NCBI GenBank assembly: GCA_951406725.2 | Contig: OX597834.1 | Location: forward strand, 1,488,001 to 1,552,000 | Reading direction: 5' to 3' | Source: Octopus vulgaris | Lineage: Eukaryota | Length of the DNA stretch: 64,000 nucleotides | In this document: one piece after another, positions 1-14,737 of the stretch | Position numbering within the stretch: the stretch's first letter is position 1 | Layout: each line of letters opens with the position of its first letter | Notes under the pieces: generated by a model | What the model was told of the DNA's origin: nothing | Database searches by the model: none | The model's input: the letters and a program-made list of their open reading frames with translations, nothing else | Translations under genes and position numbers: made by a program

Positions 1-1066
1 ATTCAATAATAAATCACCGCAAGTCTTCCATACCTCATGTCGACCTCCATCTTGCCTCCAATTTCATATCCAACAGAAAAGATTCATTATTTTCGTTTTG
101 AATTCTTTTTCTTCCTGTGAGATATTCGCTCTTTTAGAAAACAAAATGTCTTTCCGTCTTTGTGATTCTGTTCTCGCTAGATCGATCATATTTCAATAAA
201 AACCAGTAATCGAATAACAAATATCGGTTGTGTATATAGTTTTTGCTATGTATATATTTTATAATAACTCTCGACATTGTCAATAACTTGGACAGCGATC
301 ACGCAGTTAGGATGTCATCAGTTGGCTATCGTAGAGGAAGAACCATGAGTTCGTGCTTTGTAATCTCTAGGAAGGGTCCTTTATGCAACCTCTCGATATG
401 CTAGAAATTGCAGCCAATTGACCACAAGTATGTCTGTATAGCTGAGTATTGGAGGAATTACGGGATTGTGCCAAAATTAGAAGTAATCGGTAGAACTAGT
501 TTCATCACAGTACAATCCAAAGATTGTTTGAAAAAGCAGGTTTCATTCAACTGACTGGGACCCAGTTTAAATCATATGTTCACATCATATTCTATCCAGG
601 ATGTTAGGACCAGACTCCATTCCGTTCAGTGAGCTTCTGTTTCAGCTACATGTTAAGAGCATTTTCGATCCAACATTTTATGACCTAACTTCATTCGACT
701 GAAGAAAGACCAATCACGTAATAAAACCTCGTCCCATCCAACATGGAGAGTTCATCGTTTTACGAAATATATGAGATTCCATTTTGGTTTAACATCTACA
801 TAAGATGACTTGATATCGAAAGTTTTCCTGTACACCCCCAAATCAATGCGTACCGGTTTTTCTTTTTCCAAGAAATTTGGTCAAGGAACTTTTCATGACA
901 GGCGAAGTCAAACCATGAGAAATTGTTACGCAGACATCTTAGCCTCTCGGAAAACGAGATCTCGTTATTTCGCAGAGAATTTAACCGGACAAAGTAGACG
1001 ATCACATAAATGATGAAATGAAGATTTGCAACTCTAGAATTATGGAATGTTGTGTAAATATAAAGA

Positions 1067-1136
<70 letters not shown>

Positions 1137-1160
1137 TGAGTGAGTGAGTATGTGTGCATG

Positions 1161-1212
<52 letters not shown>

Positions 1213-1334
1213 GTACATTCAACAATATAAGGAATGGCCATAATAGGCCATTCGACTCACTAGAAAGAGCAGCCAAACTCAAACCGCTAATAGTTGTAAT
1301 TCTGAAATTGAAAGAGAAAATAAATATATATAGG

Positions 1335-1443
<109 letters not shown>

Positions 1444-1910
1444 GTCTAACTAAACCAGTAAAACGCATCCAAAGAGGGAAAGAAACACTCCATTGAATAC
1501 AACGAGTTGGATTTCTAAAGAACTTCATATTGGATAGAATTCTGGTCGGAATTAGTGCAGACTTCCCCATCCAGAAACACATCTCTATCACACTTCAATT
1601 AATCCATTGTCGATTACTGATGCCAATTTACAAAAGAATTTTTTTTCCCTCTCCGTTAATTAATGAAGAGTTTAAGATATTGGGAAATATGGTTAATGTT
1701 AAAAATAACAGACAGCAGTGGTTTAGCATGTTCGTTGTTATTTATTAATATAGATGAACCTGTGTGTGTGTGTCTGTGTGTGTGTGTCTGTGTGTGTGTG
1801 TCTGTGTGTGTGTGAACGTTCAGTAGTGCATCTGTCTATTTTGTGTATATAGATATATACATACACAAATATATATATACATACACAAATATATATATAT
1901 ATATACATAC

Positions 1911-1947
<37 letters not shown>

Positions 1948-1972
1948 CACAAATATATATATATATTCATAC

Positions 1973-2076
<104 letters not shown>

Positions 2077-2120
2077 ACACTTATGTATAGATATATATCA
2101 GCGGATACATGTGTATAACT

Positions 2121-2157
<37 letters not shown>

Positions 2158-2500
2158 TATTATATGTCTGCATATATAGATTCATATAGAAATATATAGA
2201 TAGATAGATAGTCACATGTACACATGCATGCGCTCACATACACATGTTCATAGAGGAAGACCTACACAACACACATCCAGCGCTTGGATACAAGCAAACG
2301 TAATGAGTGTGTATGCGATCACCTCTCTCTTTTTCTATATGTGTGTGTGTATGTATATGCATATATCACGTATATAAGTGTATATATCTGTATGTATGTA
2401 CTTATATCTGTGTATACGCATATAATATAATATATATATGTGTGTGTGTATGTGTGTGTGTGTATGTAAACATATATATGTATGTGTGTATGTATACCTA

Positions 2501-2539
<39 letters not shown>

Positions 2540-2556
2540 GTATATATATACGTATG

Positions 2557-2609
<53 letters not shown>

Positions 2610-2618
2610 TTAAGTATG

Positions 2619-2675
<57 letters not shown>

Positions 2676-2684
2676 TTAAGTATG

Positions 2685-2723
<39 letters not shown>

Positions 2724-2931
2724 GGACTACACTTCATATCTGAATTTATTTTGGATATTAAAATTGTAACTTCTCTAAATATGTTTAAATACACACCTTC
2801 TATACCGTAACACCGAAATATATTAATATTATTTTGGTCTATTTTCATTGACCCATTTAAAATCCTTCACACTTCAACTATTTTCTTATTATCCCCAGAA
2901 ATATCCTTCTCAACTTTTATATATACCTATA

Positions 2932-2976
<45 letters not shown>

Positions 2977-3037
2977 GTATATGTGTGTGTGTGTGTGTGT
3001 GCGTGTGTGCATGCGTGTATGTATATGTATATATGTA

Positions 3038-3168
<131 letters not shown>

Positions 3169-3315
3169 TGTAATTACGTATGTATCCATAATTGAAGCAA
3201 AATGTTTTAAGCGAAATAATTTAGAGTGCCATTGGCATCTAGACAAATACAGGTCTATCAAATACTTGATTTATCGAAATAATCTCTGCTTCGAAAAGAT
3301 GTATCACAATTACCA

Positions 3316-3459
<144 letters not shown>

Positions 3460-3496
3460 TGTATGTATGTATGTATGTATGTATGTATGTATAAAT

Positions 3497-3786
3497 ATAT
3501 TGAGGTAGTCAGAATTTTGGATAATTCTTTTTTAGCGCTTTCGCTCGTTTTTCCAACTCGTCAAGACAAAATAAAAATGGTAAAAATAGGATGTTTCGCT
3601 GTTCATTTATATGAATCGGATGCTTTTTTCTGCTTTGTTCAGAAATGGAAAATATTGTTTTTGTGTTTTTCTTGGGGTGGGGACAGAGAGATAGAAAAAC
3701 AAATAGGGAGAAAAGACACAGAGAGAGAGAGAGAGAGGTTTCAGGACAATCAAGAAAGAGGAGAGAAAAATAAGGGATGGGGAAAT

Positions 3787-3860
<74 letters not shown>

Positions 3861-4695
3861 GAAAGAGAACGAGAGGGAGGTTCATTTTCAATCTGATGTA
3901 ATCAATTCATTGAAATTTCATTACAAAGCATCTTTCTTTCTTCTTTTCATTGTATACCTATCAATATATTTTTAAATGAACACATTTTCTCACAAGGTCT
4001 GCTGACCTTTCAAAGATGTCAATTTTAGGAAGTAGGAAAAATTAAGAAGAATGGAGGGGAGTGTGTGAAAAATAAAAAAAGAGTTGCAAGTCCTATGAAA
4101 ATGTATATTCCTTTACACTTGTATTGTCAATTCCCATATTCTGTGTAATTCCATATTTTGCATGAACAAACTTTAGATATTAGTACAACATTCATAAATT
4201 AGGAAAATAAAGTCAGAATATAAAAAATAATTTGGTACTGTTTATAATTCAATCTATTTTCTTCGTACATTGAATGAAACATCATAAATGAGTTTTGTAT
4301 GTACTTTGTATATTTGGCTGGAAGCCACTCTGTAGTTTGTAAATTATATAAACAAAGCAGGGCCGGCTGAAATATATTGTTTTCGGTATCTTTCATTCTT
4401 TTTTAGGATTTATTTTTCTTGCTTGAATAATTCAAAAGAGATCTTTTTTCACGAATTACTACATTATTCACCCCACCTCATTGCTTCTCTTTCACTCCCC
4501 CCACCCCACAAAAAAAAAACAAAGCAATATTCTCCTCTTCTAAACAAAGCAAAAAAGCATTCGATTCATGTAAATGAACAACAACACGTCCTGGTTTTAC
4601 TATTTTGATTTTGTCTTGAGGAGTTCGAAAAACGAACGAAAGCGCTAATAAAGAATTATCCAAAATTCTGACTGCCTCCTTTTTCTCAATATACA
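3497..4695. mobile_element. MITE-like non-autonomous DNA transposon with ~180-bp imperfect terminal inverted repeats
   Basis: 3500-3680 (TTGAGGTAGTCAGAATTTTGGATAATTCTTT...) is the diverged reverse complement of 4500-4692 (...AAAGAATTATCCAAAATTCTGACTGCCTCC). The interior is non-coding with a (GACA)n tract, and the left end abuts a TA-rich repeat. Confidence 0.6.
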
Positions 4696-4725
4696 ATATC
4701 TGTATACTACTTCAAACATTATTTA

Positions 4726-4758
<33 letters not shown>

Positions 4759-5238
4759 AAATTTGAGATTCACATTTATAATAATAATAATGGTGCACTT
4801 TGTTTTGTGAGGGGTTTTCATAATTCGCACAACAAAAATACAATCTGTGAGTAAAAAAGTAAAAATATGCATGTCTTTTCTGATTTTCAAAATGGAACAT
4901 TGCTTTTGTTATCTACATTTGAATGATGAGGCCTCGTATTTTTGTTAGAAACCAGTCCCTTCTTCAGAGAAAAGTTTCAAATAATTAAAAACAGATGAGG
5001 ACATGCATACTCGGTATAAGTACCACTTGTTATGCAAACTAAAATGGTAATTTACAAAGTTACCAAATTATAGACTTAGGCAGCATCAGTATTGTCAGTT
5101 TGAAGCCAACTGGGAAGGAAATGTTTACGTATCTGGAGCTGATTATGCAAAAGGAGTTTCTCGGTTCTCAATAAAATGTAATTAAGTGTAACTCACGTAG
5201 AAATAAAATAGACATATATATACAAATATAATATGCAT

Positions 5239-5321
<83 letters not shown>

Positions 5322-5385
5322 CACATACACACATACATACATATACGTATATATATATATATATACACACACATACATACATGTA

Positions 5386-5457
<72 letters not shown>

Positions 5458-5462
5458 TGCGC

Positions 5463-5504
<42 letters not shown>

Positions 5505-5732
5505 AATACAAGATGAATCTGTTGAGCATCAGGCTTTCTGAATTAAAACCAAGTTGAATCAATTAAAATGAAATAAATATATTTGAATAGATTTATTCTG
5601 AATTGCGATTAGGTCAGCAAACAATCGACCTACGGTTGTGCGTGTGTATACATATATAAAAACATATGTCTATGTTTATCTCTGTGTGTATGTGTGTGTG
5701 TGTGTATGTACATACATACATACATGTACATA

Positions 5733-5918
5733 TCAGCTCTCCTGGTAACATGTAACACAGTACAACCTGCTGTATGGTCGGGTCATCGGCGACTAAACCG
5801 GTAACCCCACCACTCTTGCTTGGTCAGGAGGGTGATTGTTTGACACCCTGCAGGACGAAAACTAAAACCCGTTAAAAGAGCGGAGGAACTCATGAGCCGT
5901 CAACGGCTATCCAACAAT
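5733..5918 (+). mobile_element. Fragment of the 5' region of an RTE-like short element, related to 35023-35663
   Basis: Colinear similarity to 35043-35215 (GGTAACATG...ATGGTCGGGTC.TCGGCGACTAAAC.GG...GGAGGGTG...GCGGAGGAACTC). Flanked by CATA/TG repeats. Confidence 0.7.
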
Positions 5919-6599
5919 GTGTGTATATGTATATACTGTTATATCTTATTTATATTTTGAATTTGATGTATTTAATTTCATATATTAGGGGGTAGGTGGG
6001 GCTCCTTAACCGTGGTGAAGGCATTACATCGAGAAGAGAGTCTCTTTAACAGGCCTGTACTATCAGCAAACTCTTACTCACAATGTAGACTAGGCTCTCC
6101 AGCTTGTTTATAGCATCTTGTCTAGGAGATAGAAATCTGAGGTGTGTTATGCTTGATATTGTGCACCATATTCTTGCTATCATCACTTCCACAAAGTGTG
6201 GCTTGTTCTACCAAGCCTTCAACACTGAAATTAAATCAAATTATATGTGTGGGTTTTCTGGCAACTTTATTCATTCAATACTGCACAGCTCCAAATTGCA
6301 ACAGCAAAAAGTCCTCTGGCGTGAGAGTGAAAGCGGTAGGGACAGGTAACGGATATTCCTGGAAGTCTCTTACTGGATCTCTACGCAGTCGGCGACCATT
6401 GGGTGATGGCCGTTCCAGCACAGAACATGTGAGTAACTATGCTGTTCGTGTCCTCCATTGGTGACAAAGCAAGTCTATTTAGACACAGCACTACTTTCCC
6501 CAATAGGGGGAGGGGCGAGAAAAGGGGCTCCAAAAATTGCTTACTCACCTTAAACTTGACAGCCCGCCACAGCTGCCTCGTTATTCAGTGACGCAGTCG

Positions 6600-9113
6600 A
6601 AACATGAAGAAATCTAAAAATATTAACCTTGGTTCTTGGAATTGCGCCTTCTCCAAGACAATCACTCAATACCAGAATGGTAAACATCACTGGTTGCCCT
6701 TGAACTAAAGAAATACAACATTGCCATAGCTGCACTCAGTGAAGCTTGTCTTGCAGGATCACCAGAGTTGGAAGAAAGCAAAAGTGGATACATATTTTTC
6801 TGGTGTGGAAGAAACGAAGACGGGCCACGCCACTCTGGTGTTGGTTTTGTCATCAAAACAGAAATAGGTAGATCCTTTCTTTCTCTATCCAAAGGTATTT
6901 CTGATCACATCATGACACTAATGTTGGAACTTTATCACAACACTTGTGCTACGCTTGTCAGTTGCTATTCTCCAACCATGGCCAGCTCTGAGCAAGGAAG
7001 GGATGAATTTTCCAACCACCTCTATGATGTCATCTCCAGTTACCATAGGGATAAACTCATCTTTATGAACGACCTTAACGTTCGTGTTGGTACTGACTAT
7101 CAGGCATGGGGGGTAGGGTGTACTTGGTCGCTATGGTGTAGGTCGGATGAACCCCAGCAGTCTGCATGTGCTCTCCGGCTGCAGGGAATTCAGTCTAAGC
7201 GTTACAAATACCTTTTTTTCAACAGCAAAATTGACGACTTGGATGCATCCTAAATCTAAGGATTAGCATCTCATAGACTATGTTATCATTAAGAAACGAG
7301 ATATTAGGGACGTTAACATTACGTGTCCCTTTCATAACGCCCGCTATCTCTCTGACCATTCTCTTCTTCATAGCAAGGCTATATTCCATCTGAAACACTC
7401 AAGACTACAAAAGTCATCAGTGCCTAAGTGCGGTAATGCTCTGCCTTTGAAGACTGTTGAAAAGCAGGCTGAGCTCTGTATCAAGTTGGACACTGCACTC
7501 AACACTGTTGATATAACTGATAACATGAAATCATCTGTAGAGGTTCTTGGACTGCCTGCTCGTAAACATCAAGATTGGTTCAACGATAACAACACAGATG
7601 TCCAACAGTTGATAGATAAAATGCACATCTCTCACAAAACTTGGATAAATGATAAGAGCCCGTCCAGAAAAGAGAATGTGTACAAGAAATGCAGAGGCCA
7701 GGTCCAACATGCTCTGAGACAGATGAAGGAGGCTCTAAACTCCAAGAAGCTGCAGACAGAAAGGATTCTAAAGCTTTTTAAGAAAGTGTATGGTCCTCAA
7801 GAGCATGGTGTTACTCCTTTTTTTTTTCATCCAATGGAGATACTGTTAACTGATAAATCCGACATCCTGAAACGATGGAAAGATCACTTCGAAGCCGAGT
7901 TGAAATCAACCTCAGTCACTAATGATGACGTCATAATGTCTATTCCACAGCAAGCTGAAATACCGGAATTGTCTCTGGAGCCAACCTTCCTGGAAGTGGT
8001 AAACTCCGTTAAACAGATTTCTTCTGGTAAAGCACCTGGCATGGACGCTGTCCCTCCTGAAATCTACAAGTATGGTGGACAGAAGCGTTTTAAGAAACTG
8101 CATAACCTCTTCATAAACATTTGAAAGGTAGGCCGTGTACCACAGGACTTGGAGGATGCCTCAATTCAACATCTGTATAAGATCAAAGGAAACAGAAGTG
8201 CCTGTGATAATCATCGTGGAATATCGCTGTTAAGATTCTTGTTCAACTCATTCTTGACAGAATCCTCGAACAGAATCGCAGTGCGGATTTCGCTCCGGTC
8301 GTGGCACTATCTTTTCCCTCCGACGGGCCATGGAGAAGGTACGTGAGAAAAATCAACAGTTGTTCTTGATATTCGTTGATCTTACTAAGGTCTTCAACAC
8401 TGTTAACCAGCAAGCACTATGGAAAGTTCTGAAAAGGCTTAGTATACCTGACAAGGTGTTAAATGTTATCATCTCCTTTCATGAAGGAATGAAGGCTGCT
8501 GTCATGCCGGTGGGGAATCTTCGGCTTCCTTCGACGTTACAAATGGCACAATGCAAGGTTGTCTAATGACTCCTGTTGTGTTTGCACTCTTATTTTCAGT
8601 GATGCTGAGGTAGGCTTTTGGCGACATAAAAAGTGGTGTCAAATTCCAGTTTCGAACAAATGGTCGACTATTCAATCATCAGCGTTTCAAAGCAAGAACT
8701 CTGCCACGAACCATTCCTGATCTTCTTTTTGCAGATGATGCTGCACTAGTAGCGACCGCTTTAGAGGAAGCTCAGGAAGTTCTAGACCGGTTTTTTCGTT
8801 GCATGTAAAGCCTTTGGTTTGACCATCAGCATAAAAAAAGGCGGAAGTAATCCACCAACTTTGCCCTACTCCTAAACAAATTCGAGGTGCCAAGCAGAAG
8901 CCACCGGTTCACAATTTTCCTGATACTCCAACACAGGTTGATGGAAAAAGCTAAAATTATGTCATTTACATATCTTGGTAGTAAAGTGAATTTGAGTGCT
9001 TCCCTTGATGATGAAATCGTCAACTGTCTTGCAAGGGCAATCAACGCATTTGGCAGACTCCGTCATCGCCTATGGAATGAAAGGGGCATCAAACTTGACG
9101 CCAAAGAGCAGGT
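6600..9113 (+). pseudogene. Decayed RTE-clade LINE ORF (APE endonuclease + reverse transcriptase), broken at its 3' side by a (TATG)/(TA)n tract
   Basis: APE motifs IAALSE and GYIFFWCG...HSGVGFVIK; RT motifs GKAPGMDAVPPE, FVDLTKVFNTVN, LFADDAAL (~8725), FTYLGS and [10 protein letters not shown]. Many stops and frameshifts. The 5'UTR probably extends to about 5990. Confidence 0.9.
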
Positions 9114-9114
9114 C

Positions 9115-9208
<94 letters not shown>

Positions 9209-9750
9209 TAGATATACATATGTACATACAGATACCACACCCTACTCATCCCACGTGCGTACACGTATTTTATCCGATCAACAGGGTTTCGGTTCCATTC
9301 TGCCCCGACCCCTCAAATGAGAAACTCTCATTAAAAGATTTGTACAATGTTTTTCTGATTTGGGGTCAATTTTACTTCCGTTTGTTATCACAAAGGTAGG
9401 ATGTGTGTGTGTGTGTCACTGAGTGAGGGGGTGTGCATGTGCGTTTGTGGGTATGACAGTCAGAGTGCACTTGTGTGTGTGGCTGAGTGAGGGTGTATAA
9501 ATGTCTGGGGGTGTATTATGTGGGTGTCTGTGTCCGTGCGTTTGTGTGTGTCTTAATTTATCTGAGATTAATTGTAATCCTGAATTGCTTTGTCATTCGA
9601 TAGGGACTTCGGTAGACATAGGCGCTGATGTCGTAGTGGTGGTGGTGGTGGTGGTGGTGGTGGTGGTGGTGATGGTGGTGGTATTGTTAGCCGTGTTAGT
9701 AGTAAGGGTAGTAGTAGCTGTGATGAACAAAATGATGGATGCTTATTAAA

Positions 9751-9842
9751 AGAAGAAGAAGAAGAAGAAGAAGAAGAAGAAGAAGAAGAAGAAGAAGAAG
9801 AAGAAGAAGAAGAAGAAGAAGAAGAAGAAGAAGAAGAAGAAG
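9751..9842. repeat. (GAA)n microsatellite
   Basis: Pure trinucleotide run. Confidence 0.95.
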
Positions 9843-10106
9843 GTGCATTATGGGTGTTAGAACGATTGAGTGAATAAAAAGAAGAGGAAGAAGGTGAATG
9901 AGTAAGCGATAAGAAAGTATGGCAACAGGTGAGTTGAGATATAATTAAGGAAGATCGTTAACAATATGCTCGTTAACTTTGTTACCATGGTGATAAAAAA
10001 TATAGTTAGTTATGATATGGGGGTGTTGGATAACAACCGAGGGGACTTTGTGTGTTTATGTGTATGTATATAAATGTATGTGTGTGAGTGTGAGTGTGTG
10101 TGCATT

Positions 10107-10161
<55 letters not shown>

Positions 10162-10168
<7 letters not shown>

Positions 10169-10222
10169 CATACATACATACATACATACATACATGTGAG
10201 TATACATATTTACATATGTATA

Positions 10223-10282
<60 letters not shown>

Positions 10283-10690
10283 GATAAAACTTACTTAGTA
10301 GTGGAATGAAAGGGGCATCATACATGCATATATGGGTACAGGACACCCAAAAAACGTCGAACACAATGAGAAACGAAAACATAAACACAAAACCAAGGAA
10401 ACGGACGTGTCTTGTACTTTTTTTTTTGTTGTTTAAGAAGGGTGTCCGTTTCCTTGGTTTTGTGTTTATGTTTTCGTTTCTCATTATGTTCAATGTTTTT
10501 TTGGTGTCCTGTACCCATTTATGCATGTATATATACATGTAGAGGTAGGTACGTACATATATGTATGTATATATGCATATGTTTTATTTATTATTTTGTT
10601 ATTATATATATATATATATATATAAGTATACATATGTAAATATGTATACTCACATGTATGTATGTATGTATGTATGTATGTATATATATA
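10162..10690. repeat. Nested foldback (two pairs of inverted arms)
   Basis: Outer arms 10190-10228 and 10622-10660 are exact reverse complements (CATGTGAGTATACATATTTACATATGTATACTTA). Inner arms ~10320-10406 and ~10444-10530 are near-perfect. Confidence 0.9.
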
Positions 10691-10706
10691 CATATATATA
10701 TATATG

Positions 10707-10800
<94 letters not shown>

Positions 10801-10801
10801 T

Positions 10802-10832
<31 letters not shown>

Positions 10833-11325
10833 TGTTTCTTTATTAGCCACACAGGGCTGCACACAGATAGAACAAATTACAAGGTAGAGCTTTTTCTTTT
10901 GAAGGTTTAAAAAATAAAAAAAATAAAAAATTAAAAAATTAAATAAAAATAAAATTTTAAAAAGGGGGGAGTCGATCAAAAGGGATCGTAAAAGGAGAGA
11001 AAGAGGACAAAAAAAGGGGGGGGGTTAAAAAAAAGGGGGAGAGGAAAAAAATTGATCAATAGGGATCGTTATCACAGAAATGTCAATATGAAGTGTAAAG
11101 GGGAGGACAGGTGAGGTTTACCCGTGGAAAGAAAAGCCTACGGAAAAGACCACGGTAACCTCGGTCAATGAAGTCACATGTTATATTTCTTTTTTTTTTT
11201 TTTTTGCAAATAAGCAACTCTCTGTATTAATTTTTACGGTTCATAGAATCATAGTCAAGGTGGCTTCGTCATTCATACGTGCCATCCTTGCTACATTCAC
11301 CCATCTTTTTTTAAAACATTCACTA
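10833..11325 (-). mobile_element. Tx1-type LINE family A, ~490-bp 3' fragment inside (GATA)n
   Basis: Nearly identical to 36798-37265. Encodes the ORF2 C-terminus ECFKKRWVNVARMARMNDEATLTMIL. (GATA)n on both sides. Confidence 0.93.
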
Positions 11326-11371
11326 ATAGATAGATAGATAGATAGATAGATAGATGGATGGATGGATAGAT

Positions 11372-11448
<77 letters not shown>

Positions 11449-11449
<1 letters not shown>

Positions 11450-11542
11450 GTTTCTTTATTGGCCACACAGGGCTGCACACAGATGGGTCAAGTTACAAGG
11501 TAGAGCTTTTCTTTTGGGGGATGAAAAAAAAAGAAAAAACAA

Positions 11543-11545
<3 letters not shown>
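11449..11545 (-). mobile_element. Tx1-type LINE 3' terminus (~97 bp, A-related variant D) inside (GATA)n
   Basis: TTTATTGGCCACACAGGGCTGCACACAG terminal motif shared with the other Tx1 copies; (GATA)n on both sides. Confidence 0.85.
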
Positions 11546-11626
<81 letters not shown>

Positions 11627-12114
11627 GGAGTTTAAATGGCATGGTTTGTATATATGATTCAGTTAAGATGAACCACGTGATACGGGGAAGTACAGCATTG
11701 ACGACGAGACATTTGTGGAGTAAATGATGGGCTAATTCGATTAAGTGATATGTCATGCGTCTGTTTGGAAGATTCCAGGCCCTAACTGTGTCATGGAAAA
11801 GTGGGTGGTAAACGCAGCAAAAATCTCTCAGTGGATATACTCTCCTTTGCGACTATCGGCCCTACCGCTACCACGCTGGACAATCAGCACTAGCCTAATC
11901 TATGGCCACTTTATAAGCTGCTGATCTTTGTTGCCGATAGAGGAGAGGAACCCAGGAATTACATCTGTAAGGACCATTTACCGTCAACAAACTGTAAATG
12001 TTCCATAATGAGACACTCTACTCACTTTATCCACACATCAATGGTAAAAAATGCTTCTTTACCTTCTAGTTTTACCCGCAGTGAGGCATTATTTTATATA
12101 GGTGTGTGCGGAAG

Positions 12115-12154
<40 letters not shown>

Positions 12155-12157
<3 letters not shown>

Positions 12158-12330
12158 GAAGAATTCACGAAAAAACACAAGACGAAGATAGGTCGTGTAG
12201 ACAACAACAGATTTATTAGCATAACGCTCGGGAAGTGAAAAAGTCTTTAACGTTTCGAGCCTACGCTCTTCCACAGAAAGGAACACAGAAAGAAACAAGG
12301 AGAGAAAATAAAGAATGTGTAGTGGCTAAT
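12155..12330 (-). mobile_element. Short probable Penelope pLTR fragment in (TA)n with a hammerhead-like variant
   Basis: Minus strand CTTT-CTGTGGAA-GAGC(GTAG)GCTC-GAAACGTT-AAAG. TA repeats on both sides. Confidence 0.45.
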
Positions 12331-12448
12331 ATATATATGTGTGCGTGTGTGAGTGTGTGGGGGTTGTATATATGAACTTATAGATACATATATGTGTGCG
12401 TGCATGTATACACACACACATTCATGATAGATAGATAGATAGATGATT

Positions 12449-12534
<86 letters not shown>

Positions 12535-12840
12535 GAAGAGAGAAAAGAGTGTGTGTAGGGCTGCGCAGAGAAATTCATTGAGAATTCCTAATAATCTAGA
12601 AAAAATTCCATTTACAGAATCTTCGTTTCTCTCTGTAGAAAGGATTTCTTTCTCAATGAAGCATTTCCCTCCCTTTTGGAAAGACTCCCTCCTCCAAAGC
12701 TTTTCTCGGTGAACATTTCCTAAATATAGGGTTTAAGTGGTTTCGTTGAATAATGAATTAAAACCAAATTGTAATGTTATGTATCTATTATTAACTTGTG
12801 AAATAGTAGGGCTGTGCAGTATTAGCAGGGTGTAATTATA

Positions 12841-13010
<170 letters not shown>

Positions 13011-13279
13011 TATTTATATATACATATATATATATATACGTATGTATGTAGGTATGTATGTATGCGTGTATGTGTGTATGTTTGTACAAAACTCCTGCGA
13101 ACGGATGCTATCTGCGATAGAGTGTAAAGTATAAAAGAGAACTCGTGAAGTGTGAAAGATCGGAGACCGTAATGGGGGAATATACAAGTTGCGTGAAAGT
13201 GCATTAAATCTTAACAGTTATCTATAAATAAGTAGAGCTGGCACTGGCTTGCTGCTTTTGTACTGCACACAGATTACTA

Positions 13280-13334
<55 letters not shown>

Positions 13335-13521
13335 ACACACTACACATACACGCGCGCGCGCGGTGACACACACAAGAGCGCAAATGCATACATCGATTGA
13401 AATATACCCAGATAATTATATGTGTGGTGATAAGCGTATATGTGTGTACTTGTACAACGGTATACATAGAATTGTGCTTGTGTGCATGTATGTAAGTATG
13501 CATGCCCAAGCGTATACAGAC

Positions 13522-13583
<62 letters not shown>

Positions 13584-13690
13584 ATGTATGTATGTATGTA
13601 TGTATGTATGTATAAATATATATATATATATGTATATATGTATACATGTATTATATATATATGTATGTATGTATGCATGTATATGTATGC

Positions 13691-13736
<46 letters not shown>

Positions 13737-13853
13737 TGTACTCCACCTGCCTTCGTCTTTTGTTTATTTTCATAAAGATTCCCGTTATATATATATACAC
13801 ATATATATGTATGTATATATATGTACATATGCATATATATATACATATATATG

Positions 13854-13931
<78 letters not shown>

Positions 13932-13956
13932 TAAATGCTTACATATATATATTCGC

Positions 13957-13989
<33 letters not shown>

Positions 13990-14642
13990 AAGAGAGAGAG
14001 AATGAAAGAAAGAAGGAAAGAAAAGGAAATTGATGAATATATACATACATACAAGCACACACACACACACACACACACATAAGAGCTGATAGTTTGTTGG
14101 AATGCTATGAATATATAAAAGGAAACGGAGTGTTAACGGGCAACAGCAATACAGTGAGAAAATAAAATATCAATGTAGACAAAAACGAAGATATTCAATT
14201 TTTACCTCGGATCCTGAATTAATGATCCTGAAATTTCGGGTGTAAAAATTCTTTCACGAAGGTATAAGAACTAAAGAGATAAAGAGAGAAAATAAATTTC
14301 TATTAGTATAACAACTTAGACCTATCATTGGTTTTAATCATTGAATATTAAACATGATAAATAAAAATAAGAAAGATATTAAAATTGTTACCTTAGAAGT
14401 ATTCAATTGGCCGTGATATTTCTGGTAAAACTCCTTTTACAATGGCGTTAAAGGATATTAAGAGCGAAAGAGAAAGTATACGTCCCATTAAGATGAGATG
14501 CCACTTCTGCGCCATGCACGTATTTTATGGCACCATGACGAATTCCGCAGCTCTGCAAACGTAGAAATTCGGACAACGCACGCACAGAATTCACATGTCA
14601 ACACCAACGGAGGAGCGCACGCACACACACACACACACACAG

Positions 14643-14673
<31 letters not shown>

Positions 14674-14737
14674 CCAGAAAAAAGCAACAAAAATGGATCA
14701 ATATTTCGGTACAATTGTTTCGTACGAGGGAAAATTA

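Noticed and set aside
1233-1290. Hairpin GAATGGCC-ATAATA-GGCCATTC and CTAGAAA..GCAGCCAA motif also at ~400
   Set aside because: Probably a decayed dispersed repeat; too short to classify
14498-14737. N-terminus of the 694-aa ORF
   Set aside because: Read-through from flank, (CA)n/(TA)n and the inverted pLTR; not part of the PLE protein
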